Origin: Macrostomum lignano
Taxonomy: Eukaryota
Reading direction: 5' to 3'
DNA length: 64,000 nucleotides
NCBI GenBank assembly: GCA_002269645.1
Contig: NIVC01000402.1
Span: 1-64,000, forward strand
The number at the start of each line of letters is the position of its first letter. Position 1 is the stretch's first letter. The notes beneath the pieces are model-generated. The model saw nothing but the letters and a program-made list of their open reading frames with translations, was not told the DNA's origin and made no database searches. The translations under genes and the position numbers were made by a program. Below, one piece after another: positions 50,025 through 61,893 of the stretch.

Positions 50025-50645
50025 CCTGAACTACCTGTTACACTACTTGAACTACCTGTTACACTACCTGAACTACCTGTTACACTACCTGAACTACCTG
50101 TTACACTACTTGAACTACCTGTTACACTACTTGAACTACCTGTTACACTACCTGAACTACCTGTTACACTACCTGAACTACCTGTTACACTACTTGAACT
50201 ACCTGTTACACTACTTGAACTACCTGTTACACTACCTGAACTACCTGTTACACTACCTGAACTACCTGTTACACTACCTGAACTACCTGTTACACTACCT
50301 GAACTACCTGTTACACTACCTGAACTACCTGTTACACTACCTGAACTACCTGTTACACTACCTGAACTACTTGTTACACTACTTGAACTACCTGTTACAC
50401 TACCTGAACTACCTGTTACACTACCTGAACTACCTGTTACACTACCTGAACTACTTGTTACACTACTTGAACTACCTGTTACACTACTTGAACTACCTGT
50501 TACACTATCTGAACTACCTGTTACACTATCTGTTAAGCTATACATGAACTACCTGTTAAACTACCTGTTAAACTACCTGTTAAACTATCTGTTAAACTAT
50601 CTGTTAAACTATCTGTTAAACTATCTTTTAAACTACCTGAACTAC
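50025..50645. repeat. Intronic minisatellite, 21-bp unit (actacctgaactacctgttac)
   Basis: Tandem units visible; the LHYLNYL and SVTGSSG ORFs are artefacts. Confidence 0.95.
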
Positions 50646-50766
50646 CTGATGTGAACTCAAGAACAAAGATGAAGCGCAAATCACGAGCTCATAGAGCTCC
50701 AGACCAAATCTGCTATCGAAAACTTGCCTGACCAGTCGATTAGAAAGGCCTAGAAAGTCAAATTAC

Positions 50767-50936
50767 CTGTATAATCTTGCCGGTATCAGTGCTATAAACT
50801 CGAAACGACTTGTCCCAATAGCCGCAGGCGAATAATATTTTATTGTCAGGCGTCATAGCGAATTGGCAGGCGCGAACTTTGATGCGCTGATCGAAATTGT
50901 CGCCAAGGTGACGCTTGGCTGAGTTGAGGCTGGTTA
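50767..50936 (-). CDS. NBEA: Neurobeachin-like exon (not in the ORF track)
   Basis: Acceptor ctcctcag|TA; KRHLGDNFDQRIKVR...FACGYWDKSFRVYSTDTGKIIQ; donor CAG|GTAATT. Confidence 0.9.
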
Positions 50937-51144
50937 CTGAGGAGAGGGGGGCGGGATGGTGGATTCAGATAAACACATGATAACGCCAGATGCAGGTACA
51001 GGCGTCAGAGGATAATTAATACTGTATTAATTTACTGAAACTCCAGAGAAAAAAAAGATATTTAGTGATATCGTAATGCATAATACCCTAATGACACCGT
51101 ATAATACCCTATTAACATTGTGTAGTACCCTAATGAAACTGTGT

Positions 51145-51460
51145 AATACACTAATGACACCGCGTAATAACCTAATGACACTGTAATACCCTAATGAAAC
51201 TGCATAATACCCTAATGACACTATAATACCCTAATGACACTATAATACCCTAATGACACTGTATAATACCCTAATGACACTGTATAATACCCTAATGACA
51301 CTGTATAATACCCTAATGACACTGTATAATACCCTAATGACACTGTATAATACCCTAATGACACTGCACAATACCCCAATGACACTGTATAATACCCTAA
51401 TGACACTGTATAATATCCTAATGACACTGCAATAAACTAATGATACTGCACAATACCCCA
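51145..51460. repeat. Intronic minisatellite, 21-bp unit (cactgtataataccctaatga)
   Basis: Tandem units visible. Confidence 0.9.
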
Positions 51461-51478
51461 ATGCTATTGTTCACTTAC

Positions 51479-51586
51479 CGAGCGGATCCAAGCTCAGTGG
51501 CAGCACTGGCACCTCAGTGGCTCCGCCTGATCCGGACTGCTGACTAACGTAGGTGGGCGCCGGCGACACTTGGGTCTGATTGACAG
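51479..51586 (-). CDS. NBEA: Neurobeachin-like short exon (108 nt, phase 1-1)
   Basis: Acceptor ctacgcag|CT; VNQTQVSPAPTY...LPLSLDPL; donor G|GTAAGT; frame-compatible with both neighbours. Confidence 0.8.
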
Positions 51587-51849
51587 CTGCGTAGGTGAGG
51601 GTGGCATTAGTATTCATTAGATTATGCAACCTAAGTCAATAACCTTTAATAGACAGTAGAAATATGCATATATTGCGTAAATTTTTCTTCTGATTCTGTA
51701 AAAGATTTTGTAACTGACGATGGATTCACTGACGCACTAACAGTTCTACTGAGTCATTACTGATTACTCTGACTCACTGCTAGTTTTCATGACTCATTAT
51801 TTGATCTCCTGACTTTTTACTAGTTTTCCTGACTCATTACTAGCTCTCG

Positions 51850-54365
51850 ACTCATGACTAGCTCTCCTGACCCATGACTAGCTCTCCTGACCCATGACTA
51901 GCTCTCCTGACTCATGACTAGCTCTCCTGACCCATAACTAGCTCTCCTGACTCATGACTAGCTCTCCTGACCCATGACTAGCTCTCCTGACCCATGACTA
52001 GCTCTCCTGACTAATGACTAGCTCCCCTGACTCATGACTAGCTCCCCTGACCCATGACTAGCTCCCCTGACCCATGACTAGCTCCCCTGACCCATGACTA
52101 GCTCTCCTGACCCATGACTAGCTCTCCTGACCCATGACTAGCTCTCCTGACCCATGACTAGCTCTCCTGACTCATGACTAGCTCCCCCGACCCATAACTA
52201 GCTCCCCTGACTCATGACTAGCTCCCCTGACCCATGACTAGCTCTCCTGACTCATGACTAGCTCTCCTGACCCATGACTAGCTCTCCTGACCCATGACTA
52301 GCTCCCCTGACCCATGACTAGCTCTCCTGACCTATGACTAGCTCCCCTGACCCATGACTAGCTCTCCTGACCCATGACTAGCTCTCCTGACTCATGACTA
52401 GCTCTCCTGACCCATGACTAGCTCTCCTGACCCATGACTAGCTCTCCTGACTCATGACTAGCTCTCCTAACCCATAACTAGCTCTCCTGACTCATGACTA
52501 GCTCTCCTGACCCATGACTAGCTCTCCTGACCCATGACTAGCTCTCCTGACTCATGACTAGCTCTCCTGACTCATGACTAGCTCCCCTGACCCATGACTA
52601 GCTCCCCTGACCCATGACTAGCTCTCCTGACTCATGACTAGCTCCCCCGACCCATAACTAGCTCCCCTGACTCATGACTAGCTCCCCTGACCCATGACTA
52701 GCTCTCCTGACTCATGACTAGCTCTCCTGACCCATGACTAGCTCTCCTGACTCATGACTAGCTCTCCTAACCCATAACTAGCTCTCCTGACTCATGACTA
52801 GCTCTCCTGACCCATGACTAGCTCTCCTGACCCATGACTAGCTCTCCTGACTCATGACTAGCTCTCCTGACTCATGACTAGCTCCCCTGACCCATGACTA
52901 GCTCCCCTGACCCATGACTAGCTCCCCTGACCCATGACTAGCTCTCCTGACTCATGACTAGCTCTCCTGACCCATGACTAGCTCTCCTGACTCATGACTA
53001 GCTCCCCCGACCCATGACTAGCTCTCCTGACTCATGACTAGCTCCCCTGACCCATGACTAGCTCTCCTGACTCATGACTAGCTCTCCTGACCCATGACTA
53101 GCTCCCCTGACTCATGACTAGCTCTCCTGACCTATGACTAGCTCCCCTGACCCATGACTAGCTCTCCTGACCTATGACTAGCTCCCCTGACCCATGACTA
53201 GCTCTCCTGACCCATGACTAGCTCTCCTGACTCATGACTAGCTCTTCTGACCCATGACTAGCTCTCCTGACCCATGACTAGCTCTCCTGACCCATGACTA
53301 GCTCTCCTGACTCATGACTAGCTCCCCTGACTCATGACTAGCTCCCCTGACCCATGACTAGCTCTCCTGACTCATGACTAGCTCTCCTGACCCATGACTA
53401 GCTCTCCTGACCCATGACTAGCTCCCCTGACTCATGACTAGCTCCCCTGACCCATGACTAGCTCTCCTGACCCATGACTAGCTCCCCTGACCCATGACTA
53501 GCTCTCCTGACTCATGACTAGCTCTCCTGACCCATGACTAGCTCTCCTGACTCATGACTACCTCTCCTGACCCATGACTACCTCTCCTGACCCATGACTA
53601 GCTCTCCTGACCCATGACTAGCTCCCCTGACCCATGACTAGCTCTCCTGACCTATGACTAGCTCCCCTGACCCATGACTAGCTCCCCTGACCCATGACTA
53701 GCTCTCCTGACCCATGACTAGCTCTCCTGACCCATGACTAGCTCCCCTGACCCATGACTAGCTCTCCTGACCCATGACTAGCTCTCCTGACCCATGACTA
53801 GCTCTCCTGACCCATGACTAGCTCTCCTGACTCATAACTAGCTCTCCTGACTCATGACTAGCTCCCCTTACCCATGACTAGCTCTCCTGACTCATGACTA
53901 GCTCTCCTGACTCATGACTAGCTCTCCTGACCCATGACTAGCTCCCCTGACCCATAACTAGCTCTCCTGACCCATAACTAGCTCTCCTGACCCATGAATA
54001 GCTCCCCTGACCCATGACTAGCTCTCCTGACCTATGACTAGCTCCCCTGACCCATGACTAGCTCCCCTGACCCATGACTAGCTCTCCTGACCCATGACTA
54101 GCTCTCCTGACCCATGACTAGCTCCCCTGACCCATGACTAGCTCTCCTGACCCATGACTAGCTCTCCTGACCCATGACTAGCTCTCCTGACCCATGACTA
54201 GCTCTCCTGACTCATAACTAGCTCTCCTGACTCATGACTAGCTCCCCTTACCCATGACTAGCTCTCCTGACTCATGACTAGCTCTCCTGACTCATGACTA
54301 GCTCTCCTGACCCATGACTAGCTCCCCTGACCCATAACTAGCTCTCCTGACCCATGACTAGCTCT
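51850..54365. repeat. 2.5-kb intronic satellite, 20-bp unit (gctctcctgacccatgacta)
   Basis: About 125 tandem units with C/T variants. Confidence 0.97.
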
Positions 54366-55029
54366 TCTGACTTTGTCTGCCTTGAGTATATCCAGAAGCA
54401 GAAGTCCAGCTTCTTATCCTGGGTGAATAAAATCTGCAAACATTTGTGCGAATGAGTAATAACATTGTGTGATAGGCAGTATTAAAAAGGGTATTTCATG
54501 TCAACCGACTTAGTGGCGACTTTAACATTAAAATTCTGGAATAATATAGAAATATTTAATATATAATTAACATGCAATCTTAGGTGAACACTGTTTTTAG
54601 GAATTCGGGTAAACTTATTTTATTCAATGAAATGTTTAAATGTTGGATTTGAAATTTTGTTACAATTAAAAATCTATAAGTTGCAGTTGAAAGACAAAAA
54701 TCTACAGAAAAAATGCATACATATATACACATTTATATATACGAGTATATATATAGTAGTACCACGGCACACGATATAGATAGAAATTGATGGATAGGCT
54801 AACAGAAAACTATTGAGACTTATAAAGATTGATTGTCTGTAACAACCTATCAAGGCTTTACATTGTTTGACAATAGGACTCGTATATATTCACACACAGA
54901 GATTTAGACTGGGCACAAAGGTTTCGTCAGAGAGATGCAGGAATGCGGCAATAAGAATAAAATAGTAGTAATATTGGAATATTTTTTCACCAGCAGCTAT
55001 ACATTGAATTAATTTCAATTCTTGTCCTC

Positions 55030-55580
55030 GGTCCCCACTCCGATAGTCCTCGGTCCTTCAGTCCTCAGTCCTCAATCCCCTCAGACCTCGGTCCTTCAGT
55101 ACTCAGTCCTCAATCCCCTCAGACCTCGGTCCTTCAGTCCTCAGTTCTCGGTCCTTCAGTCCTCAGTTCTCGGTCCTTCAGTCCTCAGTTCTTAATCCCT
55201 CAGTCCTCAGTCCTTCAATTCTCAATATTTCAGTCCTCGGTCCTTCAGTCCTCGGTCCTTCAGTCCTCAGTCCTCAATCCCTCAGTCCTTCAGTCCTCAA
55301 TATTTCAGTCCTTCAGTCCTCAATATTTCAGTCCTCGGTCCTTCAGTCCTCAATCCCTCAGCCCTCAGCCCTTCAGACCTCAGTCCTTAATCCCTCAGTC
55401 CTCAGTCCTCAGTCCTTCAGTCGTCAGTCCTTCAGTCGTCAGTCCTTCAGTCGTCAGTCCTTCAGTCGTCAGTCCTTCAGTCGTCAGTCCTTCAGTCGTC
55501 AGTCCTCAATCCCTCAGTCCTCAGTCCTTCAGTCCTCAATATTTCAGTCCTCGGTCCTTCAGTCCTCAGTCCTCAATTCT
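55030..55580. repeat. Degenerate cagtcct/cagtcctt-based tandem repeat
   Basis: 7-8-bp units visible. Confidence 0.85.
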
Positions 55581-56024
55581 TTAGCACATTTAACACATTC
55601 AGAATCCTCAAGTCTTTAATCATTCAGTCCTCAATCCTTAATCTATTAGCTTGTAACAGCTGGCTCCAAAAATGATTAAATTGACAGACATTGAAATTAA
55701 GACAGAAAGGTGACAGACAGACAGACAGACAGACAGGTAAGAGACAGATATGCGAAATTATTATAGAAAGTATTGACGAAAAAGCAATGTGATTATACAT
55801 TTCTCAGGTGCGGGTCAGAGCCAACACACGCAAAATAAGCACACGCGTTGAAATGGCTAAAGTTTCGAAGGAAAATCCTGTGATAGTTTAAATATAATCT
55901 ATAGTGGATGTTAGACTCATTTTCGGTATTGGTTGAAGTGCTTTATAATATGCACACACATTGACAGACATGGTCCAGCATGACAACATATCCTGAACAC
56001 ATTACTGACGCATTTGTACATTGC

Positions 56025-56410
56025 AACAGAATCTGACACATTCCGATACATTTCCATAGTCTGACACATTCCCAATACATTCCCATAGAATCCGACAGAT
56101 TCCTGACACATTCCCGATACATTCCAAATCTGACACCTTCCTGATACATTCCCATAGAATCTGACACATTCCCGATACATTCCAAATCTGACACATTCCC
56201 GATACATTCCCAATCTGACCACATTCCCGATACATTCCAAATCTGACACATTCCCGATATATTCCCATAGAATCTGACACATTCCCGATACATTCCAAAT
56301 CTGACACATTCGCGATACATTCCCAATCCGACCACATTCCCGATACATTCCCCTAGAATGACACCTTCCTGATACATTCCCATAGAATCTGACACATTCC
56401 CGATACATTG
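56025..56410. repeat. Minisatellite, ~27-31-bp unit (gatacattccaaatctgacacattccc)
   Basis: Tandem units visible. Confidence 0.9.
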
Positions 56411-56523
56411 GCAACACACGAGTTGTATGAAATCTGAAGAATATACGCTCGTACGCAGAACAAGCCGTCAGTGTTGAGAAGATGGGTAGGGGTTTAAGGC
56501 ACGCCTATTAGAACACCTACCAC

Positions 56524-56661
56524 CTGGAGTGGCCGCGGCGGCGGCGGCGGCGGCAGCGGAAGTGGAAGCGGAAGCAGCGGCGGAGGCCGCTTTGGCGCTG
56601 GCAGCGCAGGCGGCCGCGGCGGCGGTGCTGGCGGCGAGGGCCTGCTCCCGTTTTTTCATAG
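56524..56661 (-). CDS. Candidate Ala-rich cassette exon of the neurobeachin-like gene
   Basis: 138 nt, phase 1-1, open frame MKKREQALAASTAAAAAC...ATP. Branch-like CTAAT and C/T tract before ccag|CT; weak donor G|GTGGTA. Confidence 0.4.
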
Positions 56662-56849
56662 CTGGCACCGTGGAGGTGGTGAGATTAGCGGCGGGCAATT
56701 AACGGATGATGACGAGACGAATGAGAAGAATGGAGCGGTTAACGAACATTTTTTAATGAACGAAACCTAACGAAACTGGGGCGGCTTTGAGACAGCAAGA
56801 AGATAGCTTTAGTCACTTTAATTATGCTATTTGGTGCGCATCAAGGCCG

Positions 56850-57415
56850 ACTGGTACTGCTACACTGTACAGGATGAATGTACCGACTTTGGTACACTGT
56901 ACAGGACGAATTCACCGATATTGGTACACTGTACAGGATGAATTCACCGATATTGGTACACTGTACAGGATGGATGTACCGATATTGGTACACTGTACAG
57001 GATGAATGTACCGATTTTGGTACACTGTACAGGATGGATGTATCGATATTGGTACACTGTACAGGATGAATTCACCGATATTGGTACACTGTACAGGATG
57101 AATTCACCGATATTGGTACACTGTACAGGATGGATGTACCGATATTGGTACACTGTACAGGATGAATGTACCGATTTTGGTACACTGTACAGGATGAATT
57201 CACCGATTTTGGTACACTGTACAGGACGAATTCACCGATATTGGTACACTGTACAGAATGAATTCACCGATATTGGTACACTGTACAGGATGGATGTATC
57301 GATATTGGTACACTGTACAGGATGAATTCACCGATATTGGTACACTGTACAGGATGGATGTACCGACTTTGGTACACTGTACAGGATGGATGTACCGATA
57401 TTGGTACACTGTATG
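56850..57415. repeat. Minisatellite, 32-bp unit (gatattggtacactgtacaggatgaattcacc)
   Basis: Tandem units visible. Confidence 0.95.
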
Positions 57416-57779
57416 CTTTGCAGGTGTCTGTACAGACGTACTTTTTAATCTTGAAAAAATTACTCATCAATAAAACAAAAACTATCAACCTAAAAAACTA
57501 CAAGTAATAACACTAGCATGCATGAAGATTAATTACTAGCAAAAATATGTGATTAATTGAATATACATATTTATTGACAGTTCAGAGGCGGCTGTTTTAG
57601 TATGGAAGCTATTATAGCTATCGCATGCTCTCAGTGCGGCTGACTAACGGGGCAAACAGCACTGATTTACGAGCTAGAATGTCGGTGCCAGCGTCGATAA
57701 TTGCCAAGTGTCGAGTGCTTAAGCTTGGGCAAATGTCAGGAGGGAAGCTGAGATCAAGACTAGCTGGGAGTGTGGCGGT

Positions 57780-57990
57780 CAAGGTCACTCTATAATCCGG
57801 GGTCAAGGTTAAGTTGGAATCGAGGGTCAAGGTCAGGTTGAAATCTAGGTTCAAAGTCAATTGGAAATCTAGGGTGTCAAAAAAGTCAAGTTGGAACATA
57901 GGGTGTCAAGGTCAAGTTGGAATCTAGGGTGTCAAGGTCAAGTTGGAATCTAGGGTGTCAAGGTCAAGTTGGAATCTAGGGTGTCAAGGT
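57780..57990. repeat. Short tandem repeat, 26-bp unit (caaggtcaagttggaatctagggtgt)
   Basis: Several copies visible. Confidence 0.85.
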
Positions 57991-58739
57991 CGTAAATCAT
58001 TTTTTATTTTTAGGGTTTAAATTATCTTTATATGGCTACTACATCTCCAATAATAGTACTTATGCTAATCACCTCGATAAGACAGCAATTAAACTAGTAA
58101 AATTCACATTAGTTAATTAATTACGAATATCGATAATTTAAAAATATTACGTATACCTGTACACCATCATGCACTAGAAAATTGATTGCACTAATAATAA
58201 TAGCTATGTCAGACACCAAATTAAGACAGTATTATACTAGTTGACAAAATAAACTTAAAAAAACGCAAGCGTATAAAACGCTGGCAGTTAATAATAGCTA
58301 ATTAACCTTTAGCATATTATAAACGTTTTATGACTTCATTTGCACAGTTCACGCATCCCAAGACCAAGCAAGGATGTTTAAAAATACAATCAATATAACA
58401 GGTGTTAATAAAAATACTAACAATACTTATAATATTAATATGCATAGGTAATAAAATTACTAACGCACTATAACAATGGACCAACTAATCATTAAACACC
58501 GAAATTCAAAAACTTCTGATCTGCAACCCAGTGAAATTTCTGCGACAAATTCTAAAAGCAACAACAGTGCGGCTTGCTTGCGGCCCGCACCGATGCTTTT
58601 CACTTACTGAAAGCTGAAACAGACCGGGGAGCGACGGCGGGGGTGGGCGGAATTCGATCAGATCAAAATTTGAGATGCTCGCACACTGCCTGCTTCTCTG
58701 TCCTCCTGACACTCCTCCTGACACATCCTGACACTCTCA

Positions 58740-59700
58740 TCCTTTCTCTCACCCCTAAATCTCACCTTCCTCTCTCCCTCTCTCACCCTTCCTCTTCCTC
58801 TCTTATACCCTTCCTCTCTCCTTCTCTCACCCTTCCTCTCACCCCTAAATCTCACCCTTCCTCTCACCCCTAAATCTCACCCTTCCTCTCACCCCTAAAT
58901 CTCACCCTTCCTCTCTCAATCTCTCACCCTTCCTCTCCATCTCTCAACCTTCCTCTCCATCTCTTATACCCTTCCTCTCTCCCTCTCTCACCATTCCTCT
59001 CTCCCTCTCTCACCCTTCCTCTCTCCCTCTCTCACCATTCCTCTCTCCCTCTCTCACCATTCCTCTCTCCCTCTCTCACCATTCCTCTCTCCCTCTCTCA
59101 CCATTCCTCTCTCACCATTCCTCTCTCACCATTCCTCTCTCCCTCTCTCACCATTCCTCTCTCACCATTCCTCACTCCCTCTCTCACCATTCCTCTCTCC
59201 CTCTCTCACCCTTCCTCTCTCCCTCTCTAACCATTCCTCTCTCCCTCTCTCATTATTCCTCACTCCCTCTCTCACCCTTCCTCTCTCCCTCTCTCACCAT
59301 TCCTCTCTCCCTCTCTCACCATTCCTCTCTCCCTCTCTCACCATTCCTCTCTCCCTCTCTCACCATTCCTCTCTCCCTCTCTCACCATTCCTCTCTCCCT
59401 CTCTCACCATTCCTCACTCCCTCTCTCACCCTTCCTCTCTCCCTCTCTCACCATTCCTCTCTCACCATTCCTCTCTCCCTCTCTCACCATTCCTCTCTCA
59501 CCATTCCTCTCTCCCTCTCTCACCATTCCTCTCTCACCATTCCTCACTCCCTCTCTCACCATTCCTCTCTCCCTCTCTCACCATTCCTCTCTCCCTCTCT
59601 CACCATTCCTCTCTCCCTCTCTCACCATTCCTCTCTCCCTCTCTCAACATTCCTCTCTCCCTCTCTCACCATTCCTCTCTCCCTCTCTCACCTTTCTTCA
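58740..59700. repeat. CT-rich minisatellite, ~22-bp unit (ctctcaccattcctctctccct)
   Basis: Tandem units visible. Confidence 0.9.
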
Positions 59701-60158
59701 GTCCTTTCTACCGTTACCGTGTCAGTGCTTGAGATTGGAGGTGCCCTCCCCCCTCTCTCTCTTCCTCTCTCTCTCACTATTCCTCTCTCCCTCTCTCACC
59801 TCTACCATTCTCCCCCTTCATCCTTACTCTATGATCGTACATCTCTCCCTCTCCGCCTCTCAGGCTCTCACCCTACCTTCCTCCCCTCTCCGCCTCCTTT
59901 TCACATACCGCTCTCACTTTCTGCCACATACTTTATTTGTCTCTCTCTTCTCTAACTCCCTGTCTCTTCCTATAACAATTTATCTAACAACTTGAACTGC
60001 TTCAATCGCGATCCGCACAAAATGCGTAGACTAACAACAATCCAGTTAGTAACAATTTATTAGTTATAAACTTCACAAAGCTGTATTGCCTAATAAACTG
60101 AAAAAAAACTATAAGTTCAAAAGAAATAATAGTATAAAAAAGCCAGCAATTAATACTA

Positions 60159-60677
<519 letters not shown>

Positions 60678-60719
60678 TTATATTAATTCAGTTGCTGTCT
60701 GCTGGCTACTAGTGAGTCA

Positions 60720-61265
60720 GGCTTAGCCGCTAATTAGCTACTAGAATGGGTCATAGGCAGGCTTAGCCGCTAATTAGCTACTAGAATGGGTCATAGGCAG
60801 GCTTAGCCGCTAATTGGCTACTAGAGTGTCATAGACAGTATTGGCCGCTTATTGGCTACTAGAGTGAGTCATAGACAATCTTAGCCGCTAATTGGCTACT
60901 AGAGTGAGTCATAGACAATCTTTGCCGCTCATTGGCTACTAGAGTGAGTCATAGACAATCTTAGCCGCTAATTGGCTACTAGAGTGAGTCATAGACAGGC
61001 TTAGCCGCTCATTGGCTACTAGAGTGAGTCATAGACAGTCTTAGCCGCTCATTGGCTACTAGAGTGAGTCATCGACAATCTTAGCCGCTCATTGGCTACT
61101 AGAGTGAGTCATAGACAGTCTTAGCCGCTCATTGGCTACTAGAGTGAGTCATCGACAATCTTAGCCGCTAATTGGCTACTAGAGTGTCATAGACAGTATT
61201 GGCCGCTTATTGGCTACTAGAGTGAGTCATCGACAATCTTTGCCGCTTATTGGCCACTAGAGTGA
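60720..61265. repeat. Intronic minisatellite, 40-bp unit (ttagccgctcattggctactagagtgagtcatagacagtc)
   Basis: Tandem units visible. Confidence 0.95.
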
Positions 61266-61413
61266 GTCATCGATAGGCTTGTCAAACAAAATGGCGCCAT
61301 AGCTGATAAAAATGGCGCCCTAGTCAAATAAACTGGCGCCATAGTGAAATAAAATGGCGCCATGGGGGCTACGCCCCTATCGCTAATTAGAGTTCAGTAA
61401 AAGCCTTCCGTAC

Positions 61414-61826
61414 CATGCGGTTCAACCGGACGAAATCTTCGGCAGTTTTAGCCCAGGCGGCAGCGAAACGTCGTCAACTCGCTGCTTGTCGTCGGTGACG
61501 CCAAGCTGATACCTGTTGCTATTCTCAAACATATCAGGCAGGTAGTAGAACTCTGGTATTAGCTCTTTCACGTCTGACGTGTCCCGTTGGCAATTCTTCC
61601 AGGTGGTGGCCACGGAGTGGAAGATTCGATCGGCGTGATCGAACTTGCCGCCCTGCAGGTTGAGAAACATGCTGGTGAATGGCTCCAGCCGGATCAGATA
61701 GTTCAGCACAAATGCTGATGTTGAGTAGTGCGTGCCGTAGTGAAACGCCGGCTGCCCGTCGTCGTCCCAGCTAGCGTAGCGCTCGTCGAAGAAGGCCTTG
61801 CGCGACGGGTTCAGGGCGCCGATGGG
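61414..61826 (-). CDS. NBEA: Neurobeachin-like, BEACH domain exon, with an apparent 1-nt deletion at ~61456
   Basis: Acceptor ctttcag|CCC; PIGALN...FHYGTHYS...[13 protein letters not shown]; after the frameshift [14 protein letters not shown]; donor ATG|GTACGG. Upstream exons lie outside the window. Confidence 0.9.
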
Positions 61827-61893
61827 CTGAAAGCGAGAGCAAAGACATTGCCTGACATTGTGCGCACATAAGGAGGTCTAGAGCTCTCTAAGC

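Noticed and set aside
54370-54435. Possible small exon after tttgcag on the minus strand
   Set aside because: The phase-1 frame needed for neurobeachin hits TAA within 7 codons, and there is no clear donor.
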